DNA of 60,073 nucleotides from a virus (lineage: Duplodnaviria > Caudoviricetes), in IMG/VR virus record IMGVR_UViG_3300016484_000569, positions 1 to 60,073 of that record; one strand, given 5' to 3'. A program made the position numbers and the translations under genes. Of the stretch, positions 29,218 to 37,389 are shown piece by piece; position 1 is the first letter of the stretch, and each line of letters starts with the position of its first letter. A model generated the notes under the pieces. It ran no database searches and was not told the origin of the DNA. It saw nothing but the letters and a program-made list of their open reading frames with translations.

Positions 29218-29414
29218 TCAGCCTCTTGCGGCGGGGCTACAAATCCAGTCTGCTCGGACCAAGTCCACCCAAGTGCGGGGTACGAATCCATATCCGTAAC
29301 CTGTACCCATGTGCCGGGATACCAATCAGGGTACTGGTCCATGTGCTCTTTAGACACGCGACGGATGTCGGTAACGACACCATCGGTCACTTGTGCATGA
29401 TAGGGAGTGCTCAT
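29214..29414 (-). CDS. Small fibre-associated (chaperone-like) protein
   Basis: HAQV.DGVV...YPALGWTW...FVAPP pattern commonly paired with Gly-rich fibres. Confidence 0.55.
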   Translation of the reverse strand: MSTPYHAQVTDGVVTDIRRVSKEHMDQYPDWYPGTWVQVTDMDSYPALGWTWSEQTGFVAPPQEAE

Positions 29415-29416
29415 AT

Positions 29417-31381
29417 CTAGACCTCCGTTATAGCAGGCAACGCCACTGTTAGCCCAGAAGTGGTAACGACAAGAAGCGGTGTGTCACCGTTACTCGGACC
29501 CAGCGGGCTAGCGTAGAATTGCCACTCGGTGTTCGTGTAGGCAACACCGAAGTTACTCGTGAATCCGCTCACCTCAAAGACCGTACCCTCTGTGGAGGCA
29601 CCGCCCTCAGCCGGAGCGACGTGCGTCGGCATTGCGCTGTACGGCGGGAAGGTCTGAACCGCAACGTCAGACCAGTCAGACCAGTCGTTGAAGTTGTCCT
29701 TGTACCGGATGCGCCAGTACACCGTCGCGCCGGGGGTGAAGCCGGTGACCTGCGTCGGGACGTAGGTGTTCCGCAGCGACCATGTGATGACCGACCCCGT
29801 CGTCACGTCCACCTCTGGTGCGGACAGAAGCTGCGCCGGGCTGACGACGCTGGCTTGGAACTGGGTCGCCACATGGGTTGCGCCGCGCACCGACTGGAAG
29901 GCGTCTGCCGTCAGCGATGCCCGGCCCAAGTCTGTGGTCGGTACGACGGGCACAGGCTTCTTGATGACGTCAGGATACACCCGTTGCGCCAGATCGCTCC
30001 ATGGGCCGTAGAAGCCGCCCTGATCGCGGTACCGCGCCCGCCACCACGTAACATCGCCGGACGTCAGTCCGCGCCCAGAAAGCGTGGTGCTGACCGCGCT
30101 CAGACTCTCGACAGTCTCCGTGAAGCGCGAGGTCACCATCGACTCGTCTTCGTAGGCTTGGAACTGGATGGCGGCTTGTCCTCGCCCGTAGTTGCTAACG
30201 AAGGGCGTGATCTGCAGCAGCAACTGCTCTGCCAGCGTGGTCGGCACCACCGGGGTGGGTTTGACCGTCACCGGCGCAAAGGTGTGGCTGGCGGGGCTGG
30301 AATAGGCGCTCTCGACGAGCGTGGCCCCGTTCAGCGCGCCGTACTTGACCTTCCAGTAGATGGTCTGCTCGGCAGCGTAGGGCGTATCCGCCAGCAGCGC
30401 CTCGGTCAGCGGGCCGTTCAGCGTGGCCGTGAACAGGTTCCCGTCGTTGGGGAACGAGATGCTGGTCGGGTGGCACATGATCGTGGTCTGCAGGTGGGTC
30501 AGACCGAAGGCGGAGACGTAGTCTGAGGCGCGCAGCTTCGCCGCCTGCAGCGCCGTCGTGGGCGCAAGGATCGTCGGAGTCGAGACGAAGGGTGGGAAGC
30601 TGTGCTGGGCGATGTCCGAGTACTGCGACCAGACGAAGGATGAATCCTGATACCGCACCCGCCAATAGACCGTGTCCCCCGCAGTGTAGGGCTGGCCGGG
30701 GATCGAAGTCAGGTTCAGCGAGGTCAACGGTACGCCGGAGGTATAGGTCACCCGCCCGGCGTCGTCGGGGATCAGCGGGTTGGTGTGGATCAGGTATTCG
30801 GTGCGGTAATGCGCCCGGCCGTAGATCGACAGGAAGGGGGTGGAGCGCAGGCTGATGGCCTCGATGTCGCTCGTTGGCGGAATTGCGGCGGGTTTGGCCA
30901 CCTCACCGGGGAAGGTCTGGGCCAGCGGCGCGGACCAGCGGGAGACGGCGTCCTGCTCGCCGAAGTAGCGCACGCGCCAGTAATAGGTCACGCCCGGGCC
31001 GAGGTCTCGGCCGAGCAGCGACAGCGAGTTGATCGGGTTGCCGGTCACGGTGATGTCGAGCAGCACCGATCCTGTGAAGTTGTTCTCCGTATGCAGTTGG
31101 AACTGCGCCCCGGTCTGGGCAAGCTGGTAGAGCGAGAGATATTCCGAGGCCAGCAGGGTGGCCGCCTCGAACTCGCTGGTCGGCGGGATACCCTCGGGGC
31201 GCTCGATGAGCGGCGCGCGGATGGTGATCCACTCGTTGCCGTCCGAATACTGCAGGTCGCCATCGTCGGTGTAGAGCACCGCGCCCTCATAGACCTCCGG
31301 GTCTAGTGCGACCGGGAAGGTCTGCGGGAAGCCGTGCCCGATGAGCGGGGACCTGCCCCGAACGGTCTTAAAGGACATCAT
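29417..31381 (-). CDS. FN3/Ig-like repeat structural protein (5 complete ~105-aa repeats plus one truncated)
   Basis: Recurring P..P...S.F.S.YG..H...QFQ...YWRxRY...WS units. Confidence 0.75.
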   Translation of the reverse strand: MMSFKTVRGRSPLIGHGFPQTFPVALDPEVYEGAVLYTDDGDLQYSDGNEWITIRAPLIERPEGIPPTSEFEAATLLASEYLSLYQLAQTGAQFQLHTENNFTGSVLLDITVTGNPINSLSLLGRDLGPGVTYYWRVRYFGEQDAVSRWSAPLAQTFPGEVAKPAAIPPTSDIEAISLRSTPFLSIYGRAHYRTEYLIHTNPLIPDDAGRVTYTSGVPLTSLNLTSIPGQPYTAGDTVYWRVRYQDSSFVWSQYSDIAQHSFPPFVSTPTILAPTTALQAAKLRASDYVSAFGLTHLQTTIMCHPTSISFPNDGNLFTATLNGPLTEALLADTPYAAEQTIYWKVKYGALNGATLVESAYSSPASHTFAPVTVKPTPVVPTTLAEQLLLQITPFVSNYGRGQAAIQFQAYEDESMVTSRFTETVESLSAVSTTLSGRGLTSGDVTWWRARYRDQGGFYGPWSDLAQRVYPDVIKKPVPVVPTTDLGRASLTADAFQSVRGATHVATQFQASVVSPAQLLSAPEVDVTTGSVITWSLRNTYVPTQVTGFTPGATVYWRIRYKDNFNDWSDWSDVAVQTFPPYSAMPTHVAPAEGGASTEGTVFEVSGFTSNFGVAYTNTEWQFYASPLGPSNGDTPLLVVTTSGLTVALPAITEV

Positions 31382-31790
31382 CCTGCTCCGCTTGGCCGAC
31401 GGTATACGACATGGTCACGTCGAGGATGCTGTTGGCCGAGGCCTTGATCTGCAGCACGTCGTCAGTCAGCAGGAACTGCCCGTTGATGGGCAGCGCCAGC
31501 GCGTCATTGGGAGGGACGGGCAGGGCATTGGCGAGCATGGAGGTCGCGCCGCTGCTGCGCACGATGCGGACGCTCAGTGCGGCGGTGACAGTCCCGGTGT
31601 TGGCGCACATCAGCGGGGTAATCATCTCCGCCACCCCGGGCACCACGGCATCGCCGCTGCCGAAGTAGCCGCTGGAGGGCACCTGATATTGCGGCACCGT
31701 GACGATGGTGACCCATGCCGTGGTGGCCGTGATGGAGACGGTCACGGGCTTGGCGTCGGGGGCCGCGCTGGTGATGATGGTTTCGGTCAT
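31368..31790 (-). CDS. Beta-sandwich structural protein
   Basis: 140 aa; VPPNDAL...LLTDDVLQIKAS pattern; coupled to both neighbours. Confidence 0.55.
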   Translation of the reverse strand: MTETIITSAAPDAKPVTVSITATTAWVTIVTVPQYQVPSSGYFGSGDAVVPGVAEMITPLMCANTGTVTAALSVRIVRSSGATSMLANALPVPPNDALALPINGQFLLTDDVLQIKASANSILDVTMSYTVGQAEQDDVL

Positions 31791-33796
31791 GACGACACCC
31801 TGCTGTTGGCAGCCCGGCGCGCATAGCGGCGCACGGATGAGGTAAAGGGCCGTCCCTCCAGCCTGCCGGTGATGCCATTGATGCGCAACCCGCCAGCGAA
31901 GAAGACGTTGTTAAGTTCGTCGGAGCCGGACCAACGCACGCGCCCTCCGTCCTCCTCCAGCACCGAGCCGTTTGCCGACACAGGACGGCCAGTCCGACGG
32001 AAGTTCAGCGGCAAGGCGTTCTTGTTGACGCCCGAACCGGCAAGGTTGAACTGGTGGGAGATGCTCTCGACGAGGCTGCCGAACCGGATTCTCTGTGGGT
32101 CCTGCAGCGTGGTGATGACGATGTCGACCAAGGCGGCCAGCATGGCCTTGCCCTCGGCCGACGTGATGTAGGGGTCCATTAGGTCCTGCAGAATCTCGAA
32201 GGACCGGATGAATGCGCCGAGCAACTGGACGTCCGTGCCGTTGAAGGCATAGTTGCCCTGATAATCGAAGAACCCTGCGGCAAAGGCGCGGGTCACCGAC
32301 TGGGTGCCAGTCTTGAAGTCGTTGGAGATCGACTGGACGAAGTTCTGCGCATCGCGCTTGGTCAGGTCTTGGAAGGTGTCCGGCCATGAGGTGGTGTAGC
32401 CCTCCAGCACCAACTGGTTCCACAGGCTGTTGGCGATGCTGGCCTTGTTGGTCTGCAGGCTGGCCGCGAAAGTGTCGTTCTCGATCAGCGGCACCGTGGT
32501 GATGGTCGGCTCCACCACCTCCATGTAGCCCTTGGCGCGCATCGAGATGTCGCCGAACTGGGTGCCGGAGTTGTTGAGCGTGATCTGCCCGCCGTTCAGC
32601 GCGTAGAAGGCGCACCGCTGGAAGATCGTCATCGAGGAGATGCCGTTGATGCCTGCCCCGTTTTTGGCGACATATCCCAGCCCGTTGGGCGAGCGCGGCG
32701 TGGCGGCGAAGGCCAGCATGTAGGGGAAGATCGAGTCCTTGTCGAGCACGGCGCGGTCCGCCAGCAGCACACCCCCGCCGCGGCCGACGTCGGCGTTGGG
32801 TGGGGTAGCCAGTGGGCTGAGAGGCGGTGCGATGGTCTCGGAATAGTAGTTCGAGACCTGACTGATGTCGCGGATGTAGGGGCTGCGGCGGATCACAGCG
32901 CCCGGCCGGAATGCTACAGCGAAGCCCTTGGTCGGGTTATCGAAGTCGTCCACTCGCAGGTTGCGGAAGCCAAAGCCCTGCACATAGCTCCCCGACCCAA
33001 CGAGGAACATGTTCGTCTCCTCGTTCCCCGCGGAGGCATGGACCTCACAGATGTACTGACCGCCGGTGCTGACGACACCGCACTGGTCGGGGACCTCAAG
33101 CTCGCCGTCTTCGACGTAGACCCCGGGGTAGACCGAGACCAGAATCGGCGTGGTGGGGTAATCCGCCCGGAAGTCGCGGGCAACCTGCAGCCCCCGCGCG
33201 ATGGTGAGCACCGCGGTCTGCATCGACCGGCCGGTGCGCAGATCGTCGCCGTCCTTGGCGACATAGATCACATTGGCGACCGGCGCATGCTCCGGCGTGG
33301 TGAAGTCGGCGACCTGATTCCACTGGTTATTGGCCCAGAGATAGAGGCTGCTGCTGTAGGGCGGGCCGACGACATAGCCCTCGCCGTTGGCCGCGGCGGC
33401 GGGCAGGTCGAACTCGGTGGCGACATAGCCCTTGATGTCGAGGTAGACGTTCAGCCCCGGGTCACCCTGCAGGCCCTGCGGCCCGCGCTCGCCGGTGTTG
33501 CCGGTGGCGAGGTTGGCCACGGTGACGCGCAGTTCGACCAGCGATCCGGCAGTGAAGTTGCGCGCCGAGGTGCCCTCTTGGGCACGGATGACGGTGAAGG
33601 TGTCGTTGTAGCGGGCGGTGACGCGGACAATCTCGAACATCCCGTTGGGATGGACGAGTGTGACGTTGAAGTGGTCCCCCGGATAGAGGATGGGAAAGCG
33701 TGCGCCGGTCCCAGCGTGAACGGTCAGCGTCGTCGCAGTCTGGTTGATCCCGACAGCGAGCGTGGTGGCTGCGTTGTTTGCCAGTCGCAGTGTCAT
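31787..33796 (-). CDS. Tail fibre/tailspike-like protein
   Basis: LANNAATTLA...EIVRVTAR...RAQEGT...VELRVT anchor, short collagen Gly-X-Y run, IYVAKDGDD beta-helix-like domain. Confidence 0.75.
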   Translation of the reverse strand: MTLRLANNAATTLAVGINQTATTLTVHAGTGARFPILYPGDHFNVTLVHPNGMFEIVRVTARYNDTFTVIRAQEGTSARNFTAGSLVELRVTVANLATGNTGERGPQGLQGDPGLNVYLDIKGYVATEFDLPAAAANGEGYVVGPPYSSSLYLWANNQWNQVADFTTPEHAPVANVIYVAKDGDDLRTGRSMQTAVLTIARGLQVARDFRADYPTTPILVSVYPGVYVEDGELEVPDQCGVVSTGGQYICEVHASAGNEETNMFLVGSGSYVQGFGFRNLRVDDFDNPTKGFAVAFRPGAVIRRSPYIRDISQVSNYYSETIAPPLSPLATPPNADVGRGGGVLLADRAVLDKDSIFPYMLAFAATPRSPNGLGYVAKNGAGINGISSMTIFQRCAFYALNGGQITLNNSGTQFGDISMRAKGYMEVVEPTITTVPLIENDTFAASLQTNKASIANSLWNQLVLEGYTTSWPDTFQDLTKRDAQNFVQSISNDFKTGTQSVTRAFAAGFFDYQGNYAFNGTDVQLLGAFIRSFEILQDLMDPYITSAEGKAMLAALVDIVITTLQDPQRIRFGSLVESISHQFNLAGSGVNKNALPLNFRRTGRPVSANGSVLEEDGGRVRWSGSDELNNVFFAGGLRINGITGRLEGRPFTSSVRRYARRAANSRVSS

Positions 33797-33825
33797 GTGC
33801 CCTACACCTCAGCCTCTGCGCGGGC

Positions 33826-33854
33826 ATGATACACAGCATGGGGTATAGCGGCAA
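33826..33854 (-). promoter_or_regulatory. Sigma70-like promoter for the fibre/heme oxygenase operon
   Basis: TTGCCG (33854-33849), 17 nt, TATCAT (33831-33826), preceded by TG. Confidence 0.55.
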
Positions 33855-33887
33855 GAGAAACCCCGCCGGGGGAGGACCGGCGGGGTT
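33853..33887 (-). terminator. Intrinsic terminator after terL
   Basis: AACCCCGCCGG-N7-CCGGCGGGGTT followed by TCTCTT on the minus strand. Confidence 0.75.
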
Positions 33888-33940
33888 GGTCGAGCAAGTT
33901 GCGTGAGGGTGAACACGCTGGTAGGTGTCCCAAGTGTATA

Positions 33941-35338
33941 TCAGGACCATCCGCGTGCGTCAACGCGCTTGATCTCACGGCGTTGTGCAAGGTGGGTGCT
34001 GTTATCCAGCGTACCGATGTGCAGCATGAGGTACGTCAGAGCATCGCCGATGTGGCTGTGCTTACCCGCGTCACCCGACTTCTCCAGCCCCTCGCCGTTC
34101 TTCTTGAACCGGTATCCCCCCATCAGCGCGGCCTTGAGTCGCGGGCATGACGGGTCGAGCAGGAAGGCCGGGTCTCCGTCGACCTGCCGCATCAGGTAGT
34201 CGTCCACCGCGGCGATGCGCGCCGTGATGCTGTTGGTCCTCGCCGGTATCACCCGCATCCCCTCCGCCTTGATGATGTCGACCGCGCTGCGCTCGTCGGT
34301 CTGCGCCCGCTGGATACCGGCCGGGTCGACCACCACGATGACCGGTGCCCCGCTGAACCGCTCGTAGAGCAGGGGCTTGAGTACGGTCCTGACGAAGCGC
34401 TGGATGCCCATGTCGAAGCTGACCGCCTCGGCGAGCACGAGCGCCCGCCCCCGGGGGTCCTGCTGCCCAATCACGGCTGCCGGAGTAAGACCCAAATCCA
34501 TGCCCACAATGACAGGACGGGTGCCGTTGATGACAGGTCGAAGGGGAGTCCGCGCCATGTGATATTCGGGGCGGAAGTATTTGAACACCGGGGTGCCTGC
34601 GAGGGAATGGCCGTATTCGCCATCAATGAACACCCGGATGTACTCCTCCGAGCGACCTTGGGTGTCATAGTATCCCTCCGGTAGGTTCTCGATGTTCTCG
34701 GCATAGGGACTCCGTCCTGACGGTTGCTTGAACACATCCCACCCATTCTCGTTGGGCGAGACCCCATCCTTGGGGTCGATCTTCTCCATCTGGTAGTACC
34801 ACCACGTGTCCATGGTGGGCGGGTTGGTGTCGCCCCACATGCCGTGCCACGTCGCGCCGCCGTCCTTGGCGGAGGGGTATCGCCCGACCCGCTTGGACAT
34901 GGCGTCCACGATGTCGGGGTGGATGTCCCGGCACTCGTTGAACCATGCGAAGGTCAGTTCGAGTGAGTTCAGGTTGGCCACGTCATCCGCGTCGTCCAGC
35001 GCGCGGAACATGATCTCGCACTCCACGTCACCCACCTTGAAGAAGTAGGTCTTGGTGGTGCGCATGAACGTCCCGCAGACACCCGGCGGGAACCAATCGA
35101 GGAACGTCTTGATCGTGGTGTCGGAGAGTTGGCGCACGGTCTCGCGGACCACGGCGCAGCGGCTCTTGCGGATGCCGTTGGCATTGGGCTTCTGCATGCT
35201 GGCCCGGCGGATGATCTCAAAGCAGCAGGCCACGCTCTTGCCCGAGCCGACCGGCCCCATGATGACCCGCATCTTCTTGTCCGACCGCATGAACCGGTCG
35301 ACCGTGGGCGTCGGTGTGTAGGAGATGTCGAGTGGCAT
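33941..35338 (-). CDS. terL: Terminase large subunit
   Basis: Walker A GPVGSGKS, Walker B-like AWFNE, DTNPP coupling motif, nuclease GMDLG...DPAG...SHIGDALTY; ATG 35338 overlaps the upstream TGA. Confidence 0.95.
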   Translation of the reverse strand: MPLDISYTPTPTVDRFMRSDKKMRVIMGPVGSGKSVACCFEIIRRASMQKPNANGIRKSRCAVVRETVRQLSDTTIKTFLDWFPPGVCGTFMRTTKTYFFKVGDVECEIMFRALDDADDVANLNSLELTFAWFNECRDIHPDIVDAMSKRVGRYPSAKDGGATWHGMWGDTNPPTMDTWWYYQMEKIDPKDGVSPNENGWDVFKQPSGRSPYAENIENLPEGYYDTQGRSEEYIRVFIDGEYGHSLAGTPVFKYFRPEYHMARTPLRPVINGTRPVIVGMDLGLTPAAVIGQQDPRGRALVLAEAVSFDMGIQRFVRTVLKPLLYERFSGAPVIVVVDPAGIQRAQTDERSAVDIIKAEGMRVIPARTNSITARIAAVDDYLMRQVDGDPAFLLDPSCPRLKAALMGGYRFKKNGEGLEKSGDAGKHSHIGDALTYLMLHIGTLDNSTHLAQRREIKRVDARGWS

Positions 35339-35763
35339 CAGTCCTCCTTCGGCGCGGTCGGCGGCCGCAGCAGGTCCAGCGACTCTGCGAACCTCCGCCC
35401 GGCCCAATCCACCTGCTCGTTCGTCTCGAGGTTGGACCACGTGTGGATGGCCCCGCCCTCACGCAGCACGACCACCGCGACGACGTCCGGGTGCTCGATC
35501 CGGCGCATCGTGACGCGCTTGGCGAAGTCAGGATCACCATTGCCCCCGATCTGCCGCACTGGCGGCAGCCGGTCCGCGCCCCAGTCAGGGTCCGTGTCCT
35601 TCCGGTACCACCCGCCAAGCGGGGTGTCGTCAATTCGTTGGGTGCCGCACAGCGCGCATACTGCCGTGTCGTCCGACATCAGTTCGAACGACGTGCAGCC
35701 GCAGTCGCAGACCCAGATGTAGGTCTCTTGGGTGGTGGAGGGGAGTGGGATGACCTCAGCCAT
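35338..35763 (-). CDS. Hypothetical protein with Zn-ribbon (CxC...CxxC)
   Basis: WVCDCGC...CALCG; coupled to terL. Confidence 0.6.
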   Translation of the reverse strand: MAEVIPLPSTTQETYIWVCDCGCTSFELMSDDTAVCALCGTQRIDDTPLGGWYRKDTDPDWGADRLPPVRQIGGNGDPDFAKRVTMRRIEHPDVVAVVVLREGGAIHTWSNLETNEQVDWAGRRFAESLDLLRPPTAPKED

Positions 35764-35914
35764 AGACAAACACCATGTAAAGCGGTTTTCCCGCCTTTGG
35801 GCGGGGTGATCTTATCAGGCGGAAGGGTTTCTTGGCGGCTTTCAGGGTGGCGATGAACGCCTGCGCCGCAAAGAGGCTGTAAAACTGGTGCGCCTTAGTC
35901 GTGGTCGACAACAT
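35756..35914 (-). CDS. Small basic hypothetical protein (52 aa, below the ORF-track cut-off)
   Basis: Hand translation MLSTTTKAHQFYSLFAAQAF...YMVFVYG; fills the gap and overlaps both neighbours. Confidence 0.45.
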   Translation of the reverse strand: MLSTTTKAHQFYSLFAAQAFIATLKAAKKPFRLIRSPRPKAGKPLYMVFVYG

Positions 35915-36371
35915 CGGCGTCATCCATGGGCAACGCAGGCGGTTTCGCCGTCACATCGAGGGTCTGACCCCCCAGATTGATGCTGATCGTGACCCCACCG
36001 GCCGCGCCTTGGCCGTCATTGGCCGGTCCGGTGTCCAATCCGGCCCATTTCACCGTCGATTTGATGAGATCAGCCTTCACCGCGGGGGAAACCACGGGGT
36101 CGTGGATCAACAACCAGCTTGTCTGGAGCAATTCCTCGGCCTGCGCCCGGGCTTTGACCCGAAAAGTCAGCCCTTTGGTGCGAACTTCTTCCCTGTAGGC
36201 GTCGACTTTCTTGAGAAACGTCGGATCGGCCTTGAAAATCAGCAGTTCGGAGGCGCTGACTTCGTGCCGGTCGAGCATTTCGTCGAGTTTTTCCCCGCTC
36301 CCTTCAAGGAGCAAGGCGAGATCGAAGGCAAAACGATCTGTCCAGCGGGGGGATACGGGGTTCATGTACAT
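35895..36371 (-). CDS. Putative terminase small subunit
   Basis: Helical protein ending in a GVTISINLG beta-strand; first gene of the operon containing terL. Confidence 0.6.
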   Translation of the reverse strand: MYMNPVSPRWTDRFAFDLALLLEGSGEKLDEMLDRHEVSASELLIFKADPTFLKKVDAYREEVRTKGLTFRVKARAQAEELLQTSWLLIHDPVVSPAVKADLIKSTVKWAGLDTGPANDGQGAAGGVTISINLGGQTLDVTAKPPALPMDDADVVDHD

Positions 36372-36378
36372 GTGGATA

Positions 36379-36407
36379 AAGGTAACGCGGGGAAATTGAG
36401 TCGTCAA
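36379..36407 (-). promoter_or_regulatory. Sigma70-like promoter for the terS-terL operon (possibly leaderless)
   Basis: TTGACG, 17 nt, TACCTT, 7 nt, ATG. Confidence 0.55.
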
Positions 36408-36576
36408 GTGTTATATAACGTGATGATTTGATGGCTGGAACGGTGTAAAAATGTAAAGTTTTGGTTTTTAGGGTCTTGTTATACGCGCTATACTACAATA
36501 CCGGGGGGTCAGAAAAGTTCAGTCCAACCCCCCACCCCCCCTCCCTGCCTGCTATAGGGCAGGATTTGCGCTTAGA

Positions 36577-36605
36577 TTGACGTTTTCGGCGTCCTATGCC
36601 ATAAA
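36577..36605 (+). promoter_or_regulatory. Sigma70-like early promoter
   Basis: TTGACG, 17 nt, CATAAA. Confidence 0.5.
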
Positions 36606-36639
36606 GAAAGGGTAGCAAGTGACCAAGTAAACAGTAACC

Positions 36640-36667
36640 GGACGGCGACGTCCACGCTCTTTGACAT
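36640..36667 (+). promoter_or_regulatory. boxB-like GNRA hairpin plus boxA (rrn-type antitermination site)
   Basis: GGACG-GCGA-CGTCC then GCTCTTTGACAT. Confidence 0.7.
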
Positions 36668-36735
36668 CGTAGCAAGACTGACATCTGAAACAGTGGTGTC
36701 GCGTCGACACCACATATGCCATATGGAGATATGCA

Positions 36736-37128
36736 ATGGCTATGATTGCTCGGGACCACGTCGAACTGATCGTTCGTTTGGTTGTCACCAAGGAAACCGC
36801 TGGCGGCTTGCTCGGCGGGATTACCGAAGTGGAAGTCCTCACTGCGAATGGTGAGGTTGACGGTCGCTTCTACGGCTTTGCCGACCCGACTGGTCGCATG
36901 GTCCTGAACTATAAGGCCGGTGGCCGCCCGGCGAAACCGGTTCGGGAAGAAAAGCCCGCACCGAAGCCGCTGACCACGGCGCAGAAGGCCGCTATCCCGG
37001 CCAATGGCACGAAAGGCAAACCCAAGGCGAAAGCCGCGGCAAAGCCCGAAGCCGAAGCGCCAAGCGAAATGGAACTGATGCTCGAGCGGATGCTCGAGAA
37101 AAAGCTCAAAGAGATGCTTGGCAAGTAA
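36736..37128 (+). CDS. First early protein, hypothetical, with a Lys/Ala/Pro-rich linker
   Basis: 130 aa; GGAG RBS. Confidence 0.8.
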   Translation: MAMIARDHVELIVRLVVTKETAGGLLGGITEVEVLTANGEVDGRFYGFADPTGRMVLNYKAGGRPAKPVREEKPAPKPLTTAQKAAIPANGTKGKPKAKAAAKPEAEAPSEMELMLERMLEKKLKEMLGK

Positions 37129-37134
37129 GAACCG

Positions 37135-37154
37135 GGCGGGCCGCAAGGCCCGCC
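37135..37154 (+). other. Intergenic GNRA hairpin
   Basis: GGCGGGCC-GCAA-GGCCCGCC. Confidence 0.7.
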
Positions 37155-37182
37155 TCCACCCTCTCTCACAAGGAACCTTAAC

Positions 37183-37347
37183 ATGCAGAAGATCGACGAT
37201 ATCCAGCGCGCCTCCATCCGCCGCAGCGAAGCCTACCTGCGCAAGAAGGCGCTGCAGCGCCCGACAGGCTTTATCCGCGAGTTCCTCGCCGGTGCCCTGT
37301 TCGCCCTCTTTACACTCGCCGTCCTCATCGTGCTCCTCGCCCTGTAA
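37183..37347 (+). CDS. 54-aa early membrane protein (C-terminal TM helix; not in the ORF track)
   Basis: AAGGA RBS; MQKIDDIQRASIRR...FLAGALFALFTLAVLIVLLAL. Confidence 0.7.
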   Translation: MQKIDDIQRASIRRSEAYLRKKALQRPTGFIREFLAGALFALFTLAVLIVLLAL

Positions 37348-37354
37348 ACCCCAC

Positions 37355-37386
37355 AACCCGCCCGGTCACCACCGGGCGGGTTTTTT
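37355..37386 (+). terminator. Intrinsic terminator
   Basis: AACCCGCCCGGT-CACC-ACCGGGCGGGTT plus T-run. Confidence 0.9.
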
Positions 37387-37389
37387 CAT

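Noticed and set aside
35339-35440. Extended starts in the ORF track (terL from 35440; also 38530, 39441, 40492, 22315)
   Set aside because: Downstream starts have RBSs or stop-start coupling; the extensions overlap other genes or RNA structures
36680-36750. GAAAC followed by two hairpins in the early leader, resembling a hammerhead
   Set aside because: No CUGANGA core and no proper stem III closure
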